Shown: positions 36,137 through 49,356 of the stretch, piece by piece
Position numbering within the stretch: the first letter of the stretch is position 1
How the letters are laid out: the number at the start of each line of letters is the position of its first letter
Assembly: GCA_051362555.1 (NCBI GenBank)
Contig: CM120649.1
Location: 10,292,001-10,356,000 of the forward strand
DNA: 64,000 nt
DNA from: Lingula anatina
Taxonomy: Eukaryota; Animalia; Brachiopoda
Direction of reading: 5' to 3'
Translations under genes and position numbers: made by a program
Notes under the pieces: model-generated
Database searches by the model: none
Seen by the model: only the letters and a program-made list of their open reading frames with translations
Told to the model about the DNA's origin: nothing

Positions 36137-36138
<2 letters not shown>

Positions 36139-37371
36139 CAATATATACTTGAACGAATCAAATGTCAAAACAAGGAAAATTTAGTGGTTAAAAAAGGCTA
36201 TAACACATCCCTCTGCTCTCACTGGTTTTTATATGCACAGGTAATTACTGATTAAGATATCATTATACAAACTTAGCACTGCTACAAAATCTATGAAAAT
36301 GTAAATATGACAATGACAGTGTGACTGTCAACTGTATTGTGGCCAACTGATGACCCCATCACTAATGGTCAGTTTACCTGAGTGTCCCTACTGCTGTCTT
36401 CCTGACTTGTTGACCACTGTCCACTACGAGTGACCCACTCATAGTTCTCAAGAAGTTCCTTTGGTTGCCGGATAGAAATAGTGCTGCAAGCACATAGCTT
36501 TTCTTCTCCATTTGGGGGCGTCTCGATAGTCCGAAGGTTCATTGGTCCGAAGGTTCATTTACGCCCTGGAGCTGAGGGAAATGAGTTGAAGAGTTAACGC
36601 GGTCAGCGCCATTTTAGGGAGAGACAGATGAAATAGAAATGTCTCAAGATATCTGCAAAATTGTACACTGTGAAATTAATAAATAATTGGGGTTCTTTTT
36701 TCAAATTTCTAAAATATTGTAATATACCTTACTTTCAGTAACTTCACTCATGTCAAATTTTTTTTGGTAACTTGATCACTTTCTCTCAACATCTTCCCCC
36801 CAAAATGTTCAACACTAGAAAAAATCGATAATCGTATGGGAGAATTATACAGGCAATTAACCTACTTCACCAGCTGTGCGGCAATCATCGCTATTTTACC
36901 ACTTTTATGACCTGGGAGAGATTACGTCATATACACTTGGGATATGATGATTATTTATGATCGTTTAACTAATAAACTGCGCGTATTGATAAAATATTCA
37001 CGTGTATCAGTGAAAAAGGAACATTTATATTTGAAAATTAGGGAAAAAAAACGTGTAATGAACCCAAAACAAACAAAAAACTGCATTTTTCTCTTATATG
37101 CAAATTAGCTTGTCTTCAGTAATAAAGCTGACAGGAAGTGATGCTCAAACCAGAGATTCCAAAGGTGGCGATCTTTATTAATCTTTATTTTGATATTAAA
37201 TCATTCGATAATATTTTTATCAGTAAAATATAATTGAAGCTACCAAATTAAATTTTCCTGGAGAATTTTTTTCTTATTGCGAACCAATGCTCGACTCGTT
37301 CCTGGGAAGAATTTAGTAACAGCCAGAAGGTCCTGAGAGTACTCCCCCCTCCCTCTACTCCATTGTGTTCT

Positions 37372-38085
37372 ACATACAATACAATACAATACAATACAAT
37401 AAATTTTATTTCATGTCGGTTATTAATTGAATGGAAACATTAGCTTTACAGCTATTTGCCGACTGGGTAAGGACAAAAACATATCTACAATAATGCAATA
37501 TTTACACATGAAGTCTAGTAAGAGATAAAAAGAAAATCTTTCAACAAAGAGTATACAAAAACACATGAAAAACTTTCTACAAAGAGTATACAAAAACGCA
37601 TGAAATCTATTAAGATAGCAAATTAGAAAAAAAAATTATGGGAAATGTGCAGAATGCTATAGTCTACCTAAATCAATTGTGAAAAAACGGACAATTCTAC
37701 ATACAATGCTCACTGATAGAGATATATAAAATAATGTAAACATGTCGTATTATTACACAGTTTCATTAAAAGCATATAGGTTACACAGGCTACATCTGCA
37801 TTTGGGTCCTTCCCAAAGCCTTAAAAGAGATTTAAACTCATTTGAATTGATGCTTTGCTTTAAGTAATTTGAGAGATCATTCCATATTTTTGGCCCAAGA
37901 TATGAAAAGGATTTTTAGCCGTATGTCGCTGTGTTAAATCTGGGTATATTTAGAGTCTTTTCTCCTCTAAGGTTGTAACTTGTTAATCTTTCCTGGAAAA
38001 GGTCGGAGATGTACAGTAGGAAGGTGCAAGTCCATGTATTGCTTTGTAAAAGTCAAGTGCAAGCATACGTAGTTCAAGTTGTATG
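37372..38085 (-). mobile_element. CR1-clade LINE 3' fragment with (ATTGT)n tail
   Basis: Minus strand LALDFYKAIHGLAPSY..YNLRG..PRFNTATYG*KSFSYLGPKIWN..FKSLLRLWEGPKCRCSLC, then a 3' UTR, aaataaa and (ttgta)n. Confidence 0.85.
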
Positions 38086-39399
38086 TCATATCCAGTGGGC
38101 AGACAACGTGTACCCTCTACACTGTTAGATTACTTATATATATATTCTGTATCCATTTTCCATTTTAGGAATTAACAATTCCAAATATTGAGGTGCTTAT
38201 AAAAAGCGATTGCTATATATTTTTATTGAGGGAATGATAATAAAGTACTGTGGGGGGGGGGGGGGGGGGGGGGGGGGGGGGCGGAAACAGTAGGGGTGGG
38301 TTACAATCTTTTTGTCTACTAAAAGGCTAGGGGTGGGCCCCGAAAACTGAGCCATGCATTTAGGGTAAGCCACATGCAAACTAGAATTAATTTTGGCACC
38401 AACTATGTGCAATTTTTGAGAACAACTATACTACACTTGGTCGAAGTAAATAAACCCGAAAGAGGTCTGTTTCTGGTTCTTCTTTTTTATAAGCAGTTTA
38501 TATATAAGAACAAATATAAAGTTTCTTGTAGCTATTAGAGAACAGTTACAAAAGCGTATCACTGACAAAGCCTGTCACCAGTGACCCAGGAATTCATTTA
38601 AAAACAAATTCATCGATGCCGTAGCATAGATTAAATTTCTTCAAAACTGAATTTTGTTTGAGATTCCTTATTTCATCTATTTTAATTTTAAAAATTAAAC
38701 GCACGGAACTTTCCCAGGACTGCCCTCTTTGGCCCAACTAATGTGTACATATATGTATTAAGACCAGGAAAGGTGTTTCTGTTACTGGACTTCTGTCATT
38801 AGATCTCCTTTTGTGTAAGCTTTACCTTACGTGTATTTCAAGTACTGATGCAAATTAAATGACCATAATTAAAAACGTATAAACTATTTACATCCATTTT
38901 TATTCAAAGACTGACGTAGCAGGTACGAATGTTAACTTGATTGCCAGAAATAGTTTCACTCAGTACTTTTCATTACTATTCATTCAAACCAATGGTAATA
39001 ATCTGGTTTTCTGCATGAAAGGAGTTAATTTCAAATACCACATTTTGACCTCCAGTTCTGAACTCTCGAAATGAGACATAGTCTGTTTATGATTCTGAAA
39101 ACACGGTATTGTGGAGTGGGTGGGGGTATGTCTTGGAGACGACTTTCTCTCTGTGCTCCAGATCTCGCTTTCTTGAAATCGAATAATTCGTGATTTTTAT
39201 GTATATTATTGAGTCACTGAATATTCATCTTCATCTTTGTTATCTTGTTATAACCAGTAGAAAAATTACGATATGAAAGGCAAATAGAGCCTTAAACAAT
39301 ATATCGTCGACACAGATTACACGAAAAACACATTTTTTTTCACAGGAAAAATTTAAGCTTTATGCGCATCTACAGTTCTAGTTTAATGTAAAAATATCG

Positions 39400-39430
<31 letters not shown>

Positions 39431-39821
39431 GCTACAAAGTTGTATTTTGACATTAGAGGAAACAAAGAAAAGTGACATAGTTACTGTAGGTGCACAGGGA
39501 ATAGGTGTAGTCTGTCTGTGACTTTGTTGCTTTTGCATGCGAGTGCGTACGCCCGCCCGAGAGAGGATTTATTTAACTTTAGATTGTGGTATTAAGCTAC
39601 AACGTAATTTCTTTGACTTTCATTTGAAAAGATATGTCCCTTTTGAATGCGGTAGGCAACATGTTTGTAGAATGTGACGTCACTTAAAATGACCAGTTCG
39701 AAAATAAGTTAGAAATAACAAGGTTTTGCAAATTATACCCTGTTGACTTTGAGCTGAAACAGGAAGGGTGGCGCAAGATAAAATGTGTCTCGCTTTGCTC
39801 GGCAAATGTAAAACACAAATT

Positions 39822-41282
39822 TTCTCTTGTTAGCAAATGCACCAATCGAATGGCGATTTGGTACCATACAATTAATGATTTATTATAAATAAAGTGATAG
39901 ACAATTATGAGGAGAACAGTAAAGCTATAGGCTATCTTCAAACTATAAGAGCTGTTCACGTGTGACACAAATGAAAAACACATTGTGGTATTATACATTG
40001 CAAGCAATACTTCTTATTACAGATATATGACCAACTTCATTCTACGTTTGTATAGAAGGATCTGTCATTTCGGATCGGTAGATGAGGAACTAACCTGTCA
40101 AGAGACGTTCATTAAAAACCTTTTAACTATATTCGTTAGTGAGATAAATGGTGATTTTATGGCCTACTGTACGTACGTATTTACAGTGGTAAACGGCTTG
40201 TCACATCTAGCACATTTCCATCAATTCTGTGATAGACGTCACAACCATGTTGAGACAGGACAGACGTCAGAATATACCGCGTATATGAAAAGTTGTTTTT
40301 ACATATGGACTGAGCCCCCTATGCTAAAATATCATTTCCCGGGGAAACAAAATACAATCGCTTTAAATTTCATTTCTTTTATAAGATAAAATATAATGTC
40401 ATTTGAGTGTTGTATATCGAATAATCATGTGATATATGATATGTGTTGAAGACGTGTGTATGGAAGAGTACCGGCCGGTTGAAATAACTGGAGGATATTG
40501 GCGAGGTATAATAAATTGTTACCATCCGTGCATAATAACTGGTTATTAACTGGTGCATGGAAGTAATGGCAGTTAAATTGCAATTGCAACCTCTCATCAC
40601 ATAACCCCAGCAGTCGAGATAAAACTGGCGGCGAATGAACATGTGTAAATTAAAAAAAGAAAATATTCTTTTCCATTCATCAATACTTCTGAGGGCCGTG
40701 GCTCTCTTCGACAGCTTTAGTTATCATCTGCGACAGCTTTAGTTATCATCTGAGTGTTGTTAATCTGAGTGTTAATTTAAAAAAGCTGCATGCTTAAAAG
40801 TTAAAATTTTGAACAAAATGCGTGCTTTATCAGGGAGCCAGTGCAACTGTTTTAAAATAAGTGTGATATGAGTCTCCCTGGGTGAAAAGACGCGATGATT
40901 TTTTTTTTTTTTTGATTCGCTGCAGTTTTTCTTTCTTAGGTACAGCCATAGGGTGCAGAGATGCAGTAGTATAATAATTTTATTATTTTTTATTGCGTTA
41001 ATATCAAGATGCATATTTCATATTAGAGATATTGGAAACTGTTGTTTTGTCAAACGCTGGCCTTACTAACGTATCTAACTCCTCACGTTTGATATGGTTT
41101 TGAGCTTCAGTAAGGGTGACAGCTTTACGTGAACATATGTACGTGAACAGCTCTTATAGTTTGAAGATCGCCTATAACTTTACTGTTTTCCTCATATTTG
41201 TCTATCACTTTATTTATCATAAATCATTAATCGTATGGTACCAAATCGCCATTCGATTGGTGCATTTGTTAACAATAGAGAA
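39822..41282. repeat. ~140-bp inverted repeat pair (39822-39961 / 41141-41282)
   Basis: caaatgcaccaatcgaatggcgatttggtaccatac..tcttcaaactataagagctgttcacgt, with its reverse complement about 1.2 kb downstream. Confidence 0.8.
40790..40890 (-). mobile_element. Short CR1/L2 ORF2 fragment
   Basis: HITLILKQLHWLPDKARILFKIL matches HITQVLKELHWLPIKQRILFKVL of the 30-33 kb LINE. Confidence 0.7.
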
Positions 41283-41467
41283 TGCGCGCGCGCACACACA
41301 CACATGCATTCATGAAAGAATATGAACAAACATGAGAAAATTGCATACATCAAAATATATTTTATTGTACAGATAAAAATATTAAAGCATTGTGTATTCA
41401 CAAATAATTCGCTGCTTATTTCATGTCTATAAAATTACAAATCTCAAAGAAATACTGAACTTCCCAT

Positions 41468-41500
41468 TGCAGCATTTCTCTTTACCTCCAGATGGCGCTA
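41468..41500 (+). promoter_or_regulatory. Candidate CTCF site (core plus upstream motif)
   Basis: tgcagcattt..cctccagatggcgct resembles the CCASYAGRKGGCRS core (one mismatch) preceded by the TGCAG upstream motif. Motif match only. Confidence 0.3.
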
Positions 41501-44082
41501 TCGTAAGGTCCAGTTGGTCAAACATAGCAAAAACTGCTCAGATATTAAAATCAGGCAGTGAACCATATGGAGTCATATGAAGATAGCCAATGATATACAT
41601 AATGTCGTTTCAGTTGGGGTTGATAAGGATCTGAGGTTAATTTTCGTCTGGCATTTTTAAATATACTGAACACAAACTCGTCCAATGTGTTTTTATTGTT
41701 GTAAAGTACAAATGAAGTTCCATCCGTAAAACATTGGTGAGTGTTGAAAAGGAAAGGCGGCCATTTCAGCCTGCCACCTCCACCTACCATGAATGTAATG
41801 GGATGGACAGCCTGGAAGGAGACGTCACTGCCTCAGTGCTGAGTGATCAGGAAGTGGAGCGAAGGCGGCTTAGATATTAAGTATGCAAATATCGTAATTT
41901 CAGTCAAATCAACGTAAAGTTTCAAGAAATTAATGTTACATATTTGTCGATAAGTAAATTGTGATCCAAAGTATTTTGGCGCCCGTTTGCTTAAAAGTGA
42001 TTTTGACCATTTCACAACATTTTCCCCACGTACGGTACCATTTATTTCCTCCTTCACTACATCTCATCGCGTCTCATAAAACAGAAAAATGCAGTTGCAC
42101 TTCATGTTCAATATTTTGAACTTCATCGGTAGATATACTAGTGGCAGTGGAAGTATACCGTGAGAAATGGTAAAGGAGGGGAAAATGCTGTAAAATTACT
42201 TGTGAGAGTAAGGCTATTGACATGTTGATATTTAGTGAGCAGTTATTAGTAGAAGTAAAGAATATGATATAGGTAGAGCAACAAACGTCCATTTCCGAAG
42301 TAAAGAACATAATTCAAAGGAGTATAGTAGTATATTTCCCCTTTGACTATTGGCAAGATTTCACAAATCAAGATTTAATATTTCATTTCATTTAAATGTG
42401 TGAGCTAAATTGAAGTTGTATTGATTATAAGATGAACCTTTCAAGACACAGGGGGAGAGCTGATAGCCTGAAATACTGTTTGAAACGGATTTGAAAAGGT
42501 TCTATCTGAAGGTGCCTTTTGCATGTTTTATATCATATAACATCTCGAATTTGAGGTCTCTTGCGAATTAAATGTAATATATTTAAACATGATCATATAT
42601 CAGAATGCATGGTCATTAGTTACAAAATTATTTGCTTTATTTCGATAATATGCCCTTATGCATTGAAATATGTTCTATACTAACGTAGTTACATGTTTGT
42701 CGCCTTGACAATTGTGAAATGGTACTGTTGGCTGTATTCTTCATCAAGACAGCAAGTCGTGACTTTCTAGTTTAGATTGCAAATTAAGTGCCCAAAAAAT
42801 TTCAATCTTATGTCTGTTTAAAGCCAATTATTTCTCTGTGATATAAATAAGCAATTTCACCTAAATCACCAATGGACACATTTTCAAAAACGTTGATAAG
42901 TTCTACGGTTCGAATTCTTAATTTCTGTTTTTACCGGCGTGACTATATTCTTCAGTCTCATCCTTCAAATGGACTGAAATCTAGATTGTAACGACTGACG
43001 TACATTGCATGTCTTTCTTTTAATGTTCAGATGAGAAAAAAAGTCTCTTAGAATTTGAATATTTGCTGTCTTGTTGAGTAAGAGATATAATTTTTACGAA
43101 CCATGTTCGATTATCTTGTTTTACTAGTGAAGTATGTAGAATTAACGAATTTCAATTTCCATTTGCGAAAATTCCCTTCTTGAAAAGCTGATTTGATACA
43201 TGTAAATACCGTTCATAGGATGGAAAAGAAACTTCCTTCTTGTTTTAGTATTTATCTCTGAGTGTAGTTCTTACAATGGAAATGAATGTGGGAAATGTGG
43301 GAAACATCGAGATCTCTCCCTTAGATTTTAGTCCATAATTCATAGGTGAACATGTAGTTTGTTTTCTATATAGTTTTTGTAAGGGATACTTTTCAATTTC
43401 ATATTCCCTTTGTAATCTATTGTTAATTATTCTTTCCATTTTGTCAATAGCTAGATAAACGCTGTATATGTTTTTACGTAGTACTTTTGACACTTTTTGC
43501 CAAACATAACGAAAGTGTGTTCATTTTTTACTTCTCGACGATACGTGTCCGACTTAAAAAAGAGTTCAATTTTAAACAGAGCATTTAAAAATATCAATTT
43601 TTTGTTATATAGAGAAAAACACTGGTGGATCAAAGATATTTTAATTGGGTCATATTTGACCTATGGGGCGAGATAGAATATTTGGAGGACTTGATCATGT
43701 GAGTCCAGAATGGATTTCTCTCCTCGGGGGAGGGGGGAAGGCGGAGATTACATCCACCATTGTTTTTTTTTTCAGTTGAGATATTGTTTGTGTGATAAAA
43801 ATCAAACACAAGACAATTAGTGCAGTAGATAGTTTATTTGTCAAATCGAATAGATAAAAATATTATGTTTGTTTTACCTTTCAGTGAGTTTAAATACAGA
43901 TATCAATAATAATATTTCAGATACTCGAACCCTTTTAAACTTGCAGTAATGAAAGACTAATGACAATGATGTTTTACAGATATATGTCTTATAAATAATT
44001 GAATAAGTAGCAATTTGTTTTGCTCTTAATAAAACATTTATTAAATATACAAAATGTCTTAGCGTTTTTACTGACAGCTACA

Positions 44083-44465
44083 TGGTTCAGTGGTAGCCTG
44101 GGGTTGGGGTTCGATTCCTAGCTTGGGCACTTTGGAATTACAAAGGGGTGCTATTAGAAATTTTCTTTGGTTACTATAAGAAGAAAGTCTACCCGGGGAG
44201 GGTGGGTGGGAACACTTAGAGAAGTAGGTAACGCGCTTGCCTCTGAGACAGAAGGTCCCCAGTTCGATTCCTGGCGCCTCTAGGTCCCAGCAAATTACCT
44301 TTTGCAAAAATAATTCCAAATAAACAATTTAAACTACTACAAGAGGGTCATGCATGATACTAGTACAAGTAAGTCGAGACAGTGGCTCAATAGGTAAGGT
44401 GACAGATCAAAATAGAGAAGAAGGCGAGGAAATTGATGGCTGTAGGTTCGAGTCGAGCTGAAGAG
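44083..44465 (+). other. Three tRNA-derived (SINE-head/pseudo-tRNA) units with A and B boxes
   Basis: tggttcagtgg..ggttcgattcc (44083-44118); tagagaagtagg..agttcgattcc (44217-44271); tggctcaatagg..ggttcgagtc (44383-44454). Acceptor stems do not pair. Confidence 0.5.
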
Positions 44466-45392
44466 AAGATAGTTAGGAATAAACGACAGACATTTTGCAC
44501 ATTTTGAAACTACTATTACAACTTACAACTTATATATGTACGTTTATTATATCAAATACTAGCAATTGCACCATACAGATGTATGCAAAAACCGAACATT
44601 ACTTTTTGGCTCTATATAAAAAGCAATTTTCATAACGACTGCGCAATTTGAGATATAAATCAATCTTAAATACAACTATCTACAACTATCTACAACTAAA
44701 TGTGTGGGAGATTCTATGCATTTTGAATATTGTCGCTCAAGATCAATCATTTTGGTTCTAAAAAAGTGTTCAAGAACACTGCATACAAGACGACATAATA
44801 CTGACCAGAACATGAAATTCTCAGGTTTTTGCCCAGAGTTAAAAGAGAAAGTTGAAGATTTGACGATGTATTTTACAGCAATCGTTCAAAGTTGAAATTG
44901 GAGTATTTGTCTTGTGACTGATCCAATATTTCACCGAGGGACATTTTTATCCAAATTCAAGGGTGGTAACAGTATAGAAAATTGAAAATGATTATGATCT
45001 CATGTAAGCGTTCCCCCCGCACACGGGTACACACTCATGACACCACAACTAACTGTATGTCGCCATGCTGATGATTACACAAAACACGAAACAGCAGTCA
45101 AACATTACTCAGTTCTGTAAATTTAGTGAATGCTTTCTCATAGATAAATAAATATGTTTTTCTTCTCTTTAAATCTTAAAATAGGAACAAATTTATGCGC
45201 CGTGCGAATCAAGAACAGCATGAAGACATGGTCAGTTTACAACCTTATCCCAGTCAATAGTCATTTTAAGAACAATATTACGTAAACAAAATTAAAAAGG
45301 TTATGCAAAAACAAGTTTACTTAAAATAACTCTACGGTCACTTGTGCTCAGTGATTCAGAAACACTCAGCAAAAATAACCCAACAGCACGTG

Positions 45393-45888
45393 CAGGACTG
45401 GCACCTAATCAGGCCTTTTGTTCTCAATCACCCCTTGATCCCGACCGAAATATAGAATTAAGAAAGTACCAAGTACAAGATCAACATTAAGTAAAACACT
45501 GAACTTCCTATTTTTTATTAAACTTTTAGCCTTACCAATAAAAGTGTCATCTTTCTGATGAAATTTTGATTTTTCACATTTGATTAGACAAATGCCACAA
45601 AACAAAGGATTTTAAACAATAAGTCAGTAAATTGGCAATTAACTGGCCAAATCATACACTAAACTACAATGTACCAAATATAAAAACAGATACGTATGCA
45701 GATTTTATTTTGTTTTTAGAGGATGGGCAAAAGTTGACAGTCTACAAAAGTTCGTCCAATTACTAGGAAATACCGATACCCCCCTCCCCCCCCCCCAAAA
45801 AAAAGAGCTTTGCGACAACCGTGGTTAACGATAAGAATATGATAAGGATTTTTCAAGTAGTAAAAGGATACGATAAATGCCAGTCCTG
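45393..45888. mobile_element. CAGGACTGGCA-terminal MITE (hAT-like)
   Basis: 11-bp TIR caggactggca / tgccagtcctg; flanks cacgtg / catgta may be a decayed TSD. Confidence 0.5.
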
Positions 45889-47309
45889 CATGTACACTTT
45901 AATTGTCAAAGGATGCCAAAATAAAACACTTTGTTTCTCTTAACAATTCCGCTTTGTAACGAAGGCAAAAAGCCAATTTTCCTTCTTAAATAACAAAAAC
46001 ATATAAATTTCGAAAAAAGAAAAATGACCCAACCCCTGGTTTGATTTTCTGAAAACAAAAACTTTTCTACCCCCTCCCAGCAATAAAACTATAGGTCTAT
46101 CACAGATCAGACACACTACTCGTATATCAAAACAGCGGGAAACAATAACCGCATATCTATAATTTTAGAAAGGCCTGTTTTAATACGTGTAGGCAATTCT
46201 GTAATAACTTGAGCACATTTTACAATTTCATACTTCCGATAATTCTTAAGTGTCATAATTTGGATTACGGCGTTAACAGCTTATTGTAGTTTTATATCTC
46301 GGTCATTTCTTCCAATAAAAGATTCTTGTAAAAGATTCTTCCAAGAAAAGATTCCTATATACATTTTACGCACGAGTCTACGTATTTTTTTAAAGTTAAC
46401 TTCATTAAAATCAATATTTGTATCCATATCCAATTTGATATGTGTAAAAATGTATTTTCGATTGCATAACAAAGCGTCTTATTACATATTTGCCCACACA
46501 TAATTTTGCAATCAAACATTGAATCGGCCGTACTAGCACAGCGCTCTACCTGCACATCACTTAATGTTAAATTTAAAACCATTCATTTTATTTTCATAAA
46601 TCACTTAAGCAAGGCACTTTTTTGTTTTAGGATAACTTAAAAAGTGTCGTTCCGGGTTCGAGAACTGGTGGGTATGAACAAAAAATTTAAATTGTGATAA
46701 AAACATCGTGTGCGGATAGAGTGCTGTACTACAAGTTATTTACACATGTATAATAATAATAAACCAGCGACGTGCAGGGTTGACGCTTGGATTTAGTCCA
46801 TTTTATTAGAATTTTCATGAATAAAACATTTGTTGCGCTGTACTTCATTCGATACATGTTTTGATGCAGAATATTACAACCCAAAGCAAACATTACATTT
46901 CAAACCAAAGCAAATTTCAACCCTGCAAGTTGACTATACGACAGACTTCGACACGCAAGACAAAGTTGACATGGGTGCGGGCGCTGGCGAACACGAATCT
47001 GATGTCTTTTCTGAGAGTGCGTCCAATCTCATCGTAGACGGTTGTTACGAAGCACTGAAATTAAATGAAAAGTGAATTAAAATAAACAAAATCCACATGC
47101 GAGAAAAACTATCTAAGAGTTTGATAAAGTGAAATATTATCTTTACACCGATTCATTTCGGTATAAATTGAGAGATAAAATATTATAAGAATAGACATAC
47201 ATTCTTTATATTAACCCTACACGTTCTAGAAAATGACACACATTACAATGACGGAATGAAAATAAAATTATGAAATTGAAGTCAAGGGAGGTCTACAGAG
47301 CCTAGCTAA

Positions 47310-48455
47310 GGCCACACTTTTTTATTTTTATGGATGACATCCTGCGCGCGCACCGATTTTCATCCGTTCTCCGAAAAAAAAAATCCCCCCCTACCTCCAA
47401 CCATAGAGTCGGTTGTCGCAAACTTCGTTATTGAATTTGCCGGAAAATAAGCTTTCTGCGCATGCGTATTATCGCCACGTGGAAGTATGGCCGCTTTGCC
47501 GTCAAATTCATCTCTAGGATTACTTTCAAATTACACGACAATTAATTATATAAAGTCATAAAGAGAATGGGGCCGTCGTTTTGGATTGTTATGCCATTGA
47601 TATTGGGCATGGAGATATCAACTTTTTTACAATTATGCGAAAGGCTGGCGGCAGCCAGCGATTATCGCCCGGAAAATTTCAGTGACATTCTGTCCAAAGC
47701 AGCACATACCAGGTTTTTTGTAGCGAAAAAAGGGTCGACAGGGCGTCAAGGTATTTGGTGGGCAGAAGGTCGGTCAGGCCACCCGACAGTTTGGCTGCTT
47801 CGTGTGAGTCGTAGTAGACCAAATGGCATCGACCGAAATGACCTTTTATAGATTTGGTGGTATTAAGCATAGGCCTATCTTAGCATCATTTTTTAAGATT
47901 TCTGTGAAGTGTTCATAATGCTTTAATATTCTGAGAGTACAAATAAAGACACACTGTTTGTTTAATATTTGTTTTATTGATTGTTATATCAACAAAATGC
48001 ATGAAATAACCTAAATAGATTTGGTAATATGCAGCATATTTATCAGGCCCAGCAATTTCAAAATGGGGGTGCTTTTTCTGAAAAAGTGGACCTTTTTCCA
48101 TGAAAACTTCATGTACTTAGATCACATTTTACCCAGAGTGGACCTTTTCCCAACAAAAAGGGTGGTTCTTTCGACCCCCCCCCCCCCCCCCCCCGGCTAC
48201 GGGCCTCTCTATTCCTTACTTTTTTTTACCTTTCGAAGTATTCGCAATGCTTTAATATTTTAAGAGCATGGAAAAAGACACATTGTTAGTTTAATATGTG
48301 TTTCTGTGGTAAATTTGTGTTTCCAGCTGTGTACTGACAGCATTCCTTTACTTAAGCAGCATTTTTTTTTTGGACCGTTTTTTTTTTTTTCGCCCTCTCG
48401 CACTGATTTCGGGGTCCCAAGAGGATGTCATCCATAAAAATAAAAAAGTGTGGCC
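47310..48455. mobile_element. GGCCACAC-terminal non-autonomous DNA transposon, copy 2 (TAA TSD)
   Basis: Colinear with 10471-11460, same TIRs, TAA on both sides. Confidence 0.88.
48044..48207. mobile_element. CAGGCCC(GTAGC)-type MITE nested in copy 2
   Basis: Absent from copy 1 at ~11200. Ends caggccc / ggctacgggcctc; flanks tttat / tctat (5 bp). Confidence 0.75.
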
Positions 48456-49356
48456 TAATATACATTTTCTTTCCTGGTCGAGGTTAGTTCTCTAGAATAC
48501 CACTGGTTTGTTGACAGTTAACTTTAATAAACAGGATATATTTGTACAAGCTGCTTATTTCATGCCACTGGGAGCTGAGAATGCACCGATAGTTACCTGC
48601 TTTGTCGTCTTGCTTTGTTTAAGACGGAATAACGCGTTCAAACCTTTGGACGGCTGGGATAATCTTCTCACTTCTTTATGAGCAAATATTCTCCTGCTGG
48701 AAAAAGCAACATAAAAAATTATTTAAATTTTCGAGCTCATTTCAGCATTCATGTCAATAAAATATACCCAAGAGTCATTACGCCTGAACTGGGATATGAA
48801 TACTCTTTGGTAAAAAACCATCATCATAAACTTATCAGTGTTGCCTTATATCACCTATACAGTACTTACAACAAACTACATCAGTTCTCAGTGCCAAAAT
48901 TTCAGTCTACGTGTGGACATTGTGGCAATGTGGCATATGAAACTTCTTCCTCTTCCTACTGACCTTGGTCCTATCTGAATACTTCTCACCAAAATGCTCA
49001 CCTGGTTTACATAATAATAGCACTGACTATGGGATTGTGTTAGAGAAGACACGATGCGGCTTAACACAATCTAAACGTTATCATCAGGTTAATGTACAAA
49101 CAAACCATTTTGTTTTGTCCATCTCTAGACCTTCATCCCAAATAAATGAGGTTATTATTATAACGCATCCCAATTAAAACATGCTGTCGCCTATTGTTCT
49201 AGCACTGTAAATATTTAACACTAGAGTTGTGGCGACTTAGTTTGTAAATGTATATCTAACATTTTTATTTTTATGCAGCAGTACATATGAACCCAAATAT
49301 GCTTCTTAGAAAAAACAAATCACATAAGAATCAGTTTACTGAGTTACGCATCATTC

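Noticed and set aside
44210-44282. Functional tRNA gene
   Set aside because: Only the T-arm pairs; the acceptor, D and anticodon stems do not, so it is treated as a pseudo-tRNA or SINE head.
48678-49177. Possible IS630/Tc1-like transposase remnant (..LLPLPTDLGPI*..)
   Set aside because: Faint resemblance to the PDLNPIE motif only; no TIRs or other catalytic motifs found.
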